Part shown: in pieces, positions 37,713 to 47,581 of the stretch
Numbering within the stretch: position 1 is the stretch's first letter
Layout of the letters: every line of letters begins with the position of its first letter
Assembly (NCBI GenBank): GCA_048941015.1
Contig: JBHLNZ010000007.1
Location: 1-64,000, forward strand
Reading direction: 5' to 3'
From: Promethearchaeota archaeon
GTDB taxonomy: Archaea > Asgardarchaeota > Lokiarchaeia > Sigyniarchaeales > SOKP01
Length of the DNA stretch: 64,000 bases
Notes under the pieces: generated by a model
Database searches by the model: none
The model's input: only the letters and a program-made list of their open reading frames with translations
Told to the model about the DNA's origin: nothing
Position numbers and translations under genes: made by a program

Positions 37713-38825
37713 TTAACTAATATTATAACTATAAATATAACCATTATCATGGCATAAAATTAGTTGATTTGATTCTGAGATGAATTCAAAATCATTTATA
37801 CTAAATTTGTTGTTAATTTGTGCTAATATTTCACCACTCTTTTCATTTATTATTAAAAATCTTCCTTTTGTTGTTCCAATTCCTATAAAGTTCTGTTTGG
37901 GAGTTTGAATGTATTTTAAAAGTTCAGAGTTAATATTTTTTTTTTCCCAGATTATATTTAAATATTCATTCAAACAAACTACTTTTGATTGAAATTCAAT
38001 ATCTTCTATGGGAATTGAATCAATCAAGAAATCAAAAGAATAAGAACTAATTATTATAAAATTATTCCTATCTGGCGGAAAAGAAATAGATTTCCAAACA
38101 ACATTATTCATAGCAATAGTTTTTATCTCTTCTCTCTTTCTTTTATCAATTATATGAATTAATTTATCATCACCCCCACAGATGATATATTTATCGTGAA
38201 TTGATCTGATATAAGATATACATCTCACTTTATCAGTAAATTTCTTAAACCAAATTAATTCCCCGTTATTAGCATTAAAAATCCTTACCGTTCCGTCATT
38301 ACCACATGCAATTATTTCTATATCTTTTGGATTGTTTGAATTCCTCCATAGAATGGCTTCCCCTATTCCTTCTTCAAAAACTTGGCCCCATATCAAGGAG
38401 CCATCTACAGGATTTATAATCCTTAAACTTTTATCTAATGAGTAAGCTACAATTTCTACTTTTCCATCATTATTTATATCATCTATAAAGAATCCACTTA
38501 TAGATGAGCCAAATTGATGTGCCCAATAAAATTTTAATGAAAAATCAGGATTTAGTTTAAAAACCCTCAATAAGCCATCTAAACCACCCAAAAGCAACTC
38601 ATAATTGCCATCATCATCGATATCAAAAAATTTGCAGCACCAAATCGGAGAATTTTGAGTTATATTATCATCATATAATCTTAAACCCTCTAAATTAAAG
38701 ATCCATAATTTACCCGATTTTGAATATGTAATTAATAATTTTATATTTTGCTCAAGTAAAAATCCTAATTCTAATCCTAATAATTGTTCCTTAGCGTTGA
38801 ATTCCCATACTTTTTTTATTTTCAA
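37713..38825 (-). CDS. Beta-propeller protein (WD40/FG-GAP-like)
   Basis: DIDDDGNYEL, DINNDGKVEI, GNDGTVRIF, GGDDKLIHI repeats. Confidence 0.8.
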   Translation of the reverse strand: MKIKKVWEFNAKEQLLGLELGFLLEQNIKLLITYSKSGKLWIFNLEGLRLYDDNITQNSPIWCCKFFDIDDDGNYELLLGGLDGLLRVFKLNPDFSLKFYWAHQFGSSISGFFIDDINNDGKVEIVAYSLDKSLRIINPVDGSLIWGQVFEEGIGEAILWRNSNNPKDIEIIACGNDGTVRIFNANNGELIWFKKFTDKVRCISYIRSIHDKYIICGGDDKLIHIIDKRKREEIKTIAMNNVVWKSISFPPDRNNFIIISSYSFDFLIDSIPIEDIEFQSKVVCLNEYLNIIWEKKNINSELLKYIQTPKQNFIGIGTTKGRFLIINEKSGEILAQINNKFSINDFEFISESNQLILCHDNGYIYSYNIS

Positions 38826-38926
38826 AAATGTTCAATTTTGTTTTTGTTATGAAATATTATCACTAATAATAAAAAAGAAAACCATTTATTTACTTTTAAA
38901 ACCTATTTAATTCTAAAAATAATTTT

Positions 38927-39370
38927 GTGAATAAAATGTCTTCTGAACGAAATTTTGATATTTTTTCAGTAGGTGTATTAATACTTAGTGTCATTGCCTT
39001 AGTAATGGTTATCATTGGACCATTCGCTGAAGCATTTATTGGAGGATATACCTATTACTATTCCTGTTTAGACTGTGAAAATAGTACCCCACTGGATTAT
39101 GTCTCGCAGATATTTATCATAATTCTCTTGATAATTCAGATCATTATCTCGATAAATAACTTACTTCCAAACAAATTTATTCCAAAAGATACTACCAAGC
39201 TTGGTTTAATTTTCTCAGGATTAACATTTATCTTTACAATTATTGGACTTACATCTTTTGGAATAGGTTATATCGCATATGATTGGTGGCCGGATATAGG
39301 CTTTTATGGACCGTTAGTTGCTGGGCTACTTAATACGATTTTATTCTATCTCAAACTGAGAAATCAATAA
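38927..39370 (+). CDS. Four-TM membrane protein
   Basis: Four hydrophobic segments; CLDC in loop 1; WWP.IGFYG. Confidence 0.7.
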   Translation: MNKMSSERNFDIFSVGVLILSVIALVMVIIGPFAEAFIGGYTYYYSCLDCENSTPLDYVSQIFIIILLIIQIIISINNLLPNKFIPKDTTKLGLIFSGLTFIFTIIGLTSFGIGYIAYDWWPDIGFYGPLVAGLLNTILFYLKLRNQ

Positions 39371-39541
39371 TTTTTTTTTATTTTTTATAACATCAATATA
39401 AAAAATTATTGGCGTTAGATTTTAGTCAAATTATTATTTTAATATAACTCAAAATAAAAAAGAAATTTAAATTTTTTACTTTATTCTGTTAATTACTGAT
39501 AAAATCTTTTATGTAATAAATAAAAAAGAGAGATAAAAAAA

Positions 39542-39739
39542 ATGAGTTTCGTAATTGAGATAGATTTAGATGCTTGCACTGGTTGTGGAACTTGTTATGA
39601 AGTATGTCCAAGTGAATGTTTTGGGGAACCTGAAGGCGGAAAAGTTAATGTAATCGAAGAAAATAGAGACGATTGCGTAGGATGTAGAGCTTGTGAAACC
39701 CAGTGCCCAGAAGAGGCAATAACTATCACTGAAGAATAG
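39542..39739 (+). CDS. 2[4Fe-4S] ferredoxin
   Basis: Two CxxCxxCxxxCP motifs. Confidence 0.95.
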   Translation: MSFVIEIDLDACTGCGTCYEVCPSECFGEPEGGKVNVIEENRDDCVGCRACETQCPEEAITITEE

Positions 39740-39797
39740 AATATCTGATAGTGCTAAAGAACAGACTTTAATATTACTTTTTTTTATTTTTATTATC

Positions 39798-40145
39798 TTA
39801 TTTTAGAATCTCAACATTCTCTAAAGGTATCCACCCATATTTTCCATTTTCAGATGTTACCCATAACCATCCACTTTCTTCATGTTCAATTAGAAATTTT
39901 TGGCCTATAGATGCATTTAATTCTGTAGCATCATAATCTCTTAATAAAACCGCAGTATCCTCACTTATTTTAAGATAGTTATTAGGAATCCATCCTGATT
40001 GACCTGAATCCGTAATGCTCCATGTCCAACCAGACCATTCGCATTCTTTTTCTTCTATTTTTAATACTTCTCCTTTCTTTAGGATTAATGGATCAGGAAA
40101 AGGGGATTTATAGTCTTTTATTACCCTACAATATCTTTTTTTCAT
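39798..40145 (-). CDS. Tandem SH3-domain protein
   Basis: VIKDY...LILKKGE...GW...GWIPNNYL and LRDY...ELNASIGQ...GW...GWIPLENV. Confidence 0.85.
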   Translation of the reverse strand: MKKRYCRVIKDYKSPFPDPLILKKGEVLKIEEKECEWSGWTWSITDSGQSGWIPNNYLKISEDTAVLLRDYDATELNASIGQKFLIEHEESGWLWVTSENGKYGWIPLENVEILK

Positions 40146-40223
40146 ATTTCATTCTTATTAATTCTTTATAATATTCTAAAAAATGAATCATGATAATTTA
40201 AATCTTTAAAGAGAATTAATTCT

Positions 40224-40245
40224 TCGTGAAACCCCCCTTTCACGA
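40224..40245. repeat. Perfect inverted repeat TCGTGAAA-C6-TTTCACGA
   Basis: 8-bp arms with 6-nt spacer; abuts palindrome AGAATTAATTCT (40212-40223). Confidence 0.7.
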
Positions 40246-40355
40246 TTTAATATATTTATCTATATAATATCTTAATATATTACTAAATATTATTTTTAAC
40301 CTCGATCAGGTCCAGCAATAGCTATCATACCATTATATAATTATAATGAAACTGA

Positions 40356-41645
40356 TTATATATCAACACATAAAAATACGATTAGTTCTTTTATGTAGGT
40401 TCGGACATCTTTCAATTTAACGTATTCGTTAACTCCATGAGAATTAGAACCACCATTTCCTACTCCATGGAAGATTATATCTTTTGTCCCCAAAATTTCT
40501 GAAACATAACCCATATCAGTACTGCCCGCAAGACCGATAACCATTATTTTATCTTCAGGGATATTTTGGACTATTTTCATCACTTTTTTCATCCTTGTAA
40601 TATCAGGTGCATTTGGATCTGCAACCATCGGAGGATAATCGTAGATAAATGTAATTTTAACATCCAATAGTTTGCTTTTTGCTTTACCCCTCTGTATGGC
40701 ATCCGAAATTTCTCTCTTAGCATCTTCTAGTTTTTCATCGGGAATAATTCTTCTATTTATTGTAAAAGTACAATAACCGGGAACAATATTAGTTTTAGTT
40801 CCAGATTTGATTATGTCCAAATTAAACATAGGAGTCATATTTCTTTTTTCTCCTGTTCCAAGACGAGGAAATCCTGGAATATCTTTGCTTTCACGGGATT
40901 CAACAACTTTTTTTAGTTTCATCAATTCAACAAGTATAGGTATTGTTTCTTCTAATGCATTGATTCCCAAAAAATTTGTTCCAGAATGACAACTTCTACC
41001 AAAAGTTTCGACAATAACGTTTAAAGCCCCTGCAGTTCCTATTGGAATTATAGGATTTATAACTCCTTCCATACAAAAAACTGTTCCTTTAACATAACCT
41101 TTTTCGGCTAAATAACGTACTCCTGGCCAAATTCCTATTTCTTCATCTGTACAATTTAATACATTTATATTATATTTTGGTTTTAGTTTTAGTTTATCAA
41201 TTATTTGAAAGGCAAGAATTAAACATACCATTGATCCTTTCATGTCTGACGTTCCTCTACCGTATATTTTTCCACTTTTGATCATAGTTGCTTCAAATGG
41301 AGGAAATCTCCATTTTTTCTCTCCTTTATTAGGCGCAGGTACAACATCCATATGTCCATAAAAGCTTACATCCTTTTCTTGTCCAAAATTTTTTGAAGCT
41401 ACTAAATTTATTCGAGGTCCTTCTAATGGATAAGGGATTTTTTTTACAAGTTCTTCAGGAACAACAACTTCCTCTAATGAAAACTTTAAGTTTCTAAAAT
41501 AAGGAGACAACACATCCACATACTCACGATAAGTATTAGCAGGAGGGACTGAAGTATTAATATTAATCAAACTGCGAAATACTTCCATAACTTTATCTCT
41601 GCTTAAATTTTCAACTTCTTCATGAATTTTTTCTAAAATAACCAT
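40356..41645 (-). CDS. M20 metallopeptidase (ArgE/DapE family)
   Basis: GHMDVVP, GRGTSDMKG, DEE, SHGVNE. Confidence 0.92.
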   Translation of the reverse strand: MVILEKIHEEVENLSRDKVMEVFRSLININTSVPPANTYREYVDVLSPYFRNLKFSLEEVVVPEELVKKIPYPLEGPRINLVASKNFGQEKDVSFYGHMDVVPAPNKGEKKWRFPPFEATMIKSGKIYGRGTSDMKGSMVCLILAFQIIDKLKLKPKYNINVLNCTDEEIGIWPGVRYLAEKGYVKGTVFCMEGVINPIIPIGTAGALNVIVETFGRSCHSGTNFLGINALEETIPILVELMKLKKVVESRESKDIPGFPRLGTGEKRNMTPMFNLDIIKSGTKTNIVPGYCTFTINRRIIPDEKLEDAKREISDAIQRGKAKSKLLDVKITFIYDYPPMVADPNAPDITRMKKVMKIVQNIPEDKIMVIGLAGSTDMGYVSEILGTKDIIFHGVGNGGSNSHGVNEYVKLKDVRTYIKELIVFLCVDI

Positions 41646-41772
41646 TGTTATAAACTAATAGATTTTATTCAATTATAAGAGAAAAACACAATATGAAATA
41701 AATTAATTGTTAAATAACAATAAAGAAGTTATATACAATAGAGTTAAGATAATTAAAAGAAACAAGCAGTAC

Positions 41773-42885
41773 TTACCACAATAAAATTTTACCACATTTT
41801 TTGCAAATTCCTTCATTTACTTGCATCTTTAAGCAGTTGTCATGATATTGTGTACCACAATCTTGACACATATAAATCTTTCCTGTGTATTCACTAAAAT
41901 CATAACCACAATACCCACATTTATTAGCATAAGAAAATGAGGTACTATTTACATCAACTTCAATAATTTGTGATGTCCCAGTCAATATACTTTCAGATTG
42001 TGTTGGTGTTATGTAATTTGATTGATGAGTTGGTGTAACCCACTGTTGATTTTGCTGTTGAATTTGTGGATTTTCCCAATTAGATACATATCCTTGAGCA
42101 GGTCCTTTTGAAATTCCCATTTTTTGGGAAACTTTTTCATCTAAAATATTAGTTAATATTAAAGCAGAAGCGTATTTTCCTTTTGCTCCTCCTTTTTGTA
42201 GATGAGTGTGAGAGATCATATGTATAACACGACCACCACTATTGCCATAATCAAAATAACAAAAAACAGGAGCTTCGCCCCACTTTTTCTGAATCTGATA
42301 AGAAGATATTAAAACATGGACTGCTGGGTTTAAGACAGTTATAGGAAATGATCGTGTTTCTAGCCACCAACGGAATTCTGTACTTTTTGTATCTTTAATT
42401 GTCATTTTTTGCCACTTTTGTTGTTGAATTTCACTTAAAACCCCTTCCATAAAAGGATGATTAGGTTCAAGAATTTGGCATGCAACAACTGCATCTGATG
42501 TTTTATTCCCATTCCATCTTATATATCCAGGAAAAATCACTTCAGTTATGTGTTTTAAAGCCCAATCTGTTGTTATTAACCACCCGCCATTTAATGAGAC
42601 ATACTCACTTATTTTAGGAAATGCAGAATGAGGGATTTTATCTCCTGGACAACCAATTAAAACTACATCATAATCAGTTAGATTATATTTTAAAATGTCT
42701 TTAGGTTTGATTGTGAAAGCTTTAGCAGCATACATATGGCTAATAACTTTTTCAGGTTTTTCAAAACGGCCTTCTACAGCAAGGATTTTTCCATGCGTCT
42801 CGACAGCTTTAACTACATCTTTTTTATTAAGAGCTTCCATTTTCCTACGCTTAACTTCAGAGTAAAGATCCTTCCAGCTACTCAT
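41773..42885 (-). CDS. GATase1-like domain plus C-terminal C4HC3 (PHD/RING-variant-like) zinc finger
   Basis: YDVVLIGCPG...GGWLITTDWA; Q-rich linker; CGYC...CQDCGTQYHDNC...CKKC. Confidence 0.65.
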   Translation of the reverse strand: MSSWKDLYSEVKRRKMEALNKKDVVKAVETHGKILAVEGRFEKPEKVISHMYAAKAFTIKPKDILKYNLTDYDVVLIGCPGDKIPHSAFPKISEYVSLNGGWLITTDWALKHITEVIFPGYIRWNGNKTSDAVVACQILEPNHPFMEGVLSEIQQQKWQKMTIKDTKSTEFRWWLETRSFPITVLNPAVHVLISSYQIQKKWGEAPVFCYFDYGNSGGRVIHMISHTHLQKGGAKGKYASALILTNILDEKVSQKMGISKGPAQGYVSNWENPQIQQQNQQWVTPTHQSNYITPTQSESILTGTSQIIEVDVNSTSFSYANKCGYCGYDFSEYTGKIYMCQDCGTQYHDNCLKMQVNEGICKKCGKILLW

Positions 42886-42967
42886 TTATTAATCAACCAA
42901 ATAAAATTATAAGCGATTTAATGTTATTTTTATAATTAATAAAAATTAATTCATATATATATTTTCA

Positions 42968-44488
42968 TTGAGAACAGTAAATATGGAAAATTTAACAGAT
43001 TTGTGTGATCCACCAGAGTTTTGGGAATATTTTTATAAAATTTCTAGAATACCAAGATGTTCTGGTAATGAAGAAATGATCAGAAAATTTATTGTAGATG
43101 AAGCAAATACTATAGGCTTTCAGACAGAATTAGACAGCGTTAAAAATTTAATGGTAAAAATTCCATCAAAAAATAATGAAGCTGATAAGAATTTCATTGT
43201 TGTTTTACAGAGCCATTTGGATATAGTTTGTGAAAAAAATCAAGAAATAAAACATGATTTTACTAAAGATCCATTAAAATTGAAAGTTGTAGAAATAGAA
43301 AACGAAAAATGGGTAACTGCTGAAGGTACTACTTTAGGTGCTGATAATGGTGTGGGAATCTGTTATCAATTAGCATTAATGAAAAAAATCAGCAATGGAG
43401 ATCTTGATCTTGGGCCTTTAAATATAAAATTATTATTTACTGTTGATGAAGAAGGTGGTCTATTAGGAGCAAGTCATATTAGAAAAGAAATGGCTCAAGG
43501 TACATATTTACTTAATTTAGATTCTGAGGAAGATAACAAATTTACCATAGGATGTGCGGGAGGAAATAGATATAAAGTAGAAATAAAGATAGAAAAAGAA
43601 ATTTTAAATCAGAAAAGCAAAAATTATATCCTTGCGAGAATTTCAGTTAGAGGATTAATGGGAGGGCATTCAGGTACAGATATTAATAAAGGAAGAGCAA
43701 ACGCATTAAAAATTATTTCTGAACTTCTTTGGAAATTAAATAGAAAATTCGATATAAAAATAAATTCTATAAATGGAGGAAATTTATCAAACGCAATTCC
43801 CCGAGAAGCAGATATTAAATTCTTTTTGATTGAAAAAGATTTTTCTAATTTAGTTGACGAACTCAATAAAGACCTAATAGAAATTAGAAAGATTTTTGAA
43901 GGAATAGAAAAAAGTATTGATCTTAAAGTAGAAAGATTGGAAAATTTATTAGATAATACGTACATCAAAAAGGAAATTCAAAATAGATTACTTGATCTTC
44001 TATACTTACTGCCAAATGGTCCAATTATATTTCATCCAAAAATAAATAATTTAGTACATACTTCCTCTAACTTCGGAACCATAAAAACAAATAAGGGAAA
44101 TATAGAATTTATTTTAAGCCAAAGAAGTTTTACAGATTATGATAAGGATGTACTGCATGATAAAGTAATCACTTTATTGGAACTCTCTAAATTGAATTAT
44201 AGAACATATGAATATGTGAGATATCCCGGTTGGTCGCCTAATTTTGATTCAAAAATTTCAAAAATTGCTAAAGAAATTTATTTAGAGTTATTTAATCAAG
44301 AAGTAATGATTCAAGCAATACACGCTGGTTTGGAATGTGCTTATTTCAACTATTATTATCCACAGATGGAATTAATATCTTTTGGACCAGATATTATTGG
44401 AGGGCATTCTCCTGATGAACGTTTGAGAGTTAAAAGTGTTGAAAAGATTTGGAAATTCTTAGTAAAATTACTTAAGAATTTAATTTAA
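42968..44488 (+). CDS. pepD: Aminoacyl-histidine dipeptidase (PepD)
   Basis: LQSHLDIVCEK, TTLGADNG, VDEE, GGHSG, IHAGLEC, HSPDER. Confidence 0.93.
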   Translation: MRTVNMENLTDLCDPPEFWEYFYKISRIPRCSGNEEMIRKFIVDEANTIGFQTELDSVKNLMVKIPSKNNEADKNFIVVLQSHLDIVCEKNQEIKHDFTKDPLKLKVVEIENEKWVTAEGTTLGADNGVGICYQLALMKKISNGDLDLGPLNIKLLFTVDEEGGLLGASHIRKEMAQGTYLLNLDSEEDNKFTIGCAGGNRYKVEIKIEKEILNQKSKNYILARISVRGLMGGHSGTDINKGRANALKIISELLWKLNRKFDIKINSINGGNLSNAIPREADIKFFLIEKDFSNLVDELNKDLIEIRKIFEGIEKSIDLKVERLENLLDNTYIKKEIQNRLLDLLYLLPNGPIIFHPKINNLVHTSSNFGTIKTNKGNIEFILSQRSFTDYDKDVLHDKVITLLELSKLNYRTYEYVRYPGWSPNFDSKISKIAKEIYLELFNQEVMIQAIHAGLECAYFNYYYPQMELISFGPDIIGGHSPDERLRVKSVEKIWKFLVKLLKNLI

Positions 44489-44577
44489 ATATTCTAACAC
44501 CATATTTCCAATTTAACAAAAATTAAAATTCGAAAAAAATTTATTATATAAATAAAAACTTAGATTATTATAAAGTT

Positions 44578-45108
44578 ATGAAAAATTCTGCAAAGGCTAA
44601 ATTTAAGTCGAATAAAGAAGATATAAGTGGTTCAGAAACGGTATTGGAGTTAATTAGAGGAAAAACTCCTTGGATCTTTGGAAAATCGTTGAGAAAGCCT
44701 AAGATTATTTTTCCAAAATTAAAACTTCCTAAAATGGACATGCCAATGCCAGGAAGATCTATTTCTGTAATAGTAATCTATGTTATTTTATTTCTTCTCC
44801 AAATGGGAATCATTTATTTAATTTATACACAACCTCCAGCATTAGGTGGAAACCCAAACACCAATGAACCGATGTTTTTATATCCAAGTATTCATGATTC
44901 TTTCATCATTGAGGGGATAGTAGCATCAATTCTAATATTTTTATGTTCGACAGGTTTTGTTTTGTTATATCAAGCATCAAAATATGTTTATAATAAGAGT
45001 ATAGCAGTTAGAATATTGGTTATTGGAATTATATTTGTTTTAGTCACTTTCGCAGCATTACAGGCAATGATAACTATTAAACTTGGAGAAACACTTTTTA
45101 ATGTCTAA
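44578..45108 (+). CDS. OSTC/DC2 (OST3/OST6 family) oligosaccharyltransferase accessory-like protein
   Basis: GIIY..QPPALG...FIIEGIVAS...GF, three TM helices, terminal KL; same pattern as eukaryotic OSTC as recalled. Confidence 0.78.
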   Translation: MKNSAKAKFKSNKEDISGSETVLELIRGKTPWIFGKSLRKPKIIFPKLKLPKMDMPMPGRSISVIVIYVILFLLQMGIIYLIYTQPPALGGNPNTNEPMFLYPSIHDSFIIEGIVASILIFLCSTGFVLLYQASKYVYNKSIAVRILVIGIIFVLVTFAALQAMITIKLGETLFNV

Positions 45109-45239
45109 AATCTTTCGAAATTCTTTTTAAAATATAGAAATGAATAAGAGTATGCTTTTCTTTTACTTATTCGCAATTTTTAAGTATAAAAAAATAAAAA
45201 ATTAAAGAATTTAAGATTGTGATTTAATAAATTACTCTA

Positions 45240-45638
45240 TTATAATGTTGCAATAAAAGCATCATAGGCTGCTTTATCTAATAGATTTGCTTTTTCGGAA
45301 TCCCAGTTTGATGGCTCAACCTTAAATAACCAAGCAGAAAGTGCATCTTCATTAATTTTTTCAGGTTCATCCATCAAATCACTGTTTACAGCAGTAACAT
45401 TTCCCGAAACAGGACTATATACATCTCCAACTGCTTTGCTAGATTCTACAGTGCAATCTAAGGGATCACTAGAAGGTTCATCTCCATCCATTTTGACTTG
45501 TTCAATTGTAGCTCCTTCGAGTGCTTCTACATCTACGAAGGAAATCTCTCCTAATTGTTCAGCAGCGTAGGGAGTAATTCCTACTTCACCATTAGCATCA
45601 TTAAACCATTGATGGGTTTTTGTATACCAAATAGTCAT
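45240..45638 (-). CDS. gcvH: Glycine cleavage H-like lipoyl carrier protein
   Basis: YTKTHQW, VGITPYA..QLGEI, VESSKA, SPVSG. Confidence 0.9.
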   Translation of the reverse strand: MTIWYTKTHQWFNDANGEVGITPYAAEQLGEISFVDVEALEGATIEQVKMDGDEPSSDPLDCTVESSKAVGDVYSPVSGNVTAVNSDLMDEPEKINEDALSAWLFKVEPSNWDSEKANLLDKAAYDAFIATL

Positions 45639-45693
45639 ATTCTTTCAAACTCCTTGTTTATGATTTTATGAAATATTATTATGTTGAATTTAA

Positions 45694-46614
45694 GTGTATG
45701 ATAAAATTAATTATATCAGAAATATAAAATTTTTTCATTCAATTCATTCTAAACTTAGTTGCATAAAAATGGCGTCTTCCTTAATAAATGAAATCAATTT
45801 TTTTAGTGAGTTTAAAGCTTGGTATCTTAAGATTATGGAAGATTTTAATTTCGATTACGAAAATGATCTTAAAGCTAGGAACTATTTAAGTCAAATTTTA
45901 AGAACAAAGAACAAAAGCTGGGATTTAGAAGAAATTTTAGCTACTTTTAAAGAACTTATTCAAAGTAAAAAGATTATTTTAATTTATGGATGTGGCCCTT
46001 CATTAGAGATGACTCTAGCTAATATTTTAAATGAATTCGGGATAGAAATTTTTGATAAATGCTTAAATTTGGCTGCGGATGGTGCTGTAAGATTGCTTAG
46101 AGAGAAGATAATTCGTGTAGATGGAAACTTTACTGATCTAGATGGTATAACTAAAAAGGATTTTAGATATTCTACCTTTAATATTGTTCACGCTCATGGT
46201 GATAATATTAAGAAGTTAACTTATTTTAGAGAAGAGATTAAAAAATTTAAAAAATTAATTGCAACTTCTCAAGTCGAGCCGATTGAAAACGTTATTAATC
46301 CTGGAGGTTTTACTGATGGAGATAGGATTTTATTTTTCTTAAAATCATTTTTATTACCTAATCAAGAAATATTTTTAATCGGGATGGATTTCAATAATAT
46401 GGTCGGTAAATATAGTAAGCCCAAAATGATTGGAGATGAAAAAGCAAATCCAATTAAAAAAAAGAAATTGAAATATGCAAAAGAACTAATTGAATGGCTC
46501 GCTTCTAAGATTGAAAATAATATTTTCTTTATAAATTCGAATATATCATCAAAATTTATCAAATCTATATCATTAGATTATTTAAAAGAATTAATTCTTA
46601 ATCAATTAGATTAG
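45694..46614 (+). CDS. mptE: 6-hydroxymethyl-7,8-dihydropterin pyrophosphokinase (DUF115)
   Basis: GCGPSL, AADGA, TDLDG, VHAHGDN, GGFTDGDR, GMDF. Confidence 0.88.
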   Translation: MYDKINYIRNIKFFHSIHSKLSCIKMASSLINEINFFSEFKAWYLKIMEDFNFDYENDLKARNYLSQILRTKNKSWDLEEILATFKELIQSKKIILIYGCGPSLEMTLANILNEFGIEIFDKCLNLAADGAVRLLREKIIRVDGNFTDLDGITKKDFRYSTFNIVHAHGDNIKKLTYFREEIKKFKKLIATSQVEPIENVINPGGFTDGDRILFFLKSFLLPNQEIFLIGMDFNNMVGKYSKPKMIGDEKANPIKKKKLKYAKELIEWLASKIENNIFFINSNISSKFIKSISLDYLKELILNQLD

Positions 46615-47399
46615 ATTTTATAATCTTCAATACCTTTATTAGAAATTTTATATAATATTTTTTTTTCAGGAAATAGAGACGAATTTATTAAATGTGCATA
46701 AACAGCTTCTTTTTCTTTATGACTTAGGTAAATATATTCTGAAAAGTAATGATTTAAGTATTGTAATCCTACAGGATATTCACGTAAAATACTATTATCA
46801 TCAAAATTAGGAGTGATTTGCGCTGTTGCTAAAGTAATTAGATTAAATCTTTTTGTAAGGTCATTTAGAATTTCTAATATTTTTAGAAATGTGTTTTTAA
46901 CTTGATGAAATGGTTTAGTTTTATCCCCAGATTCTACTCGAAAATGATTATTAATAGAATCTATGATAATTATTTCATTTTTATTTGATTCAAGCATCTC
47001 ATTAACCTCATTTAATTTTAATAACAGTGATGAACTACTTAATATTTTTGATACTAAAATTTTTTTCAACACATTATCAGAATCTAAAGATTGAGAAATT
47101 GCTAACTCTCTTATTCTTTCAGGTCTAAATGTATTTTCAGTATCGATAAAAATAGTACCAAATTTTTGTTTAAATGCTTGAATACACATCTGATGACAAA
47201 TCTGAGTCTTACCAGTCTTATTAGCTCCAAAGATTAAGTGCATATGTTTCGATAGAAAGCCACCATTAAGAATTTTATCAAAATTTCTCGATCCTGTGCT
47301 AAATTGATAACTTATATCTCTCCCATATTCTAAAATTTTTTGTAGAGTTAATATCTTTACACTTTTCAAATGTTTTGTTTTAGTAATATCTAATTCCAT
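46611..47399 (-). CDS. RadA/Rad51 paralog lacking the N-terminal HhH domain
   Basis: STGSRNFDKILNGG, GANKTGKTQ, FIDTENTFRPERI, IIDS. Confidence 0.85.
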   Translation of the reverse strand: MELDITKTKHLKSVKILTLQKILEYGRDISYQFSTGSRNFDKILNGGFLSKHMHLIFGANKTGKTQICHQMCIQAFKQKFGTIFIDTENTFRPERIRELAISQSLDSDNVLKKILVSKILSSSSLLLKLNEVNEMLESNKNEIIIIDSINNHFRVESGDKTKPFHQVKNTFLKILEILNDLTKRFNLITLATAQITPNFDDNSILREYPVGLQYLNHYFSEYIYLSHKEKEAVYAHLINSSLFPEKKILYKISNKGIEDYKI

Positions 47400-47581
47400 A
47401 TTTGGTTTTTTTAATTATGTTTTAAATCATAAAGACGATGTACATTAATAAAATTTTATTAATTATTGGATTGCATAAATAGAAAAATTAATTTTTAATT
47501 GAGTATAAATTATTTATTGCATATTTCTGGAAGATATTTTTTAAAAAATATTAATATAATATTGTAAATAGATCGTTAAAA

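Noticed and set aside
45440-45520. Short insertion in GcvH as a BHB intron
   Set aside because: No valid central helix; in frame and protein-like.
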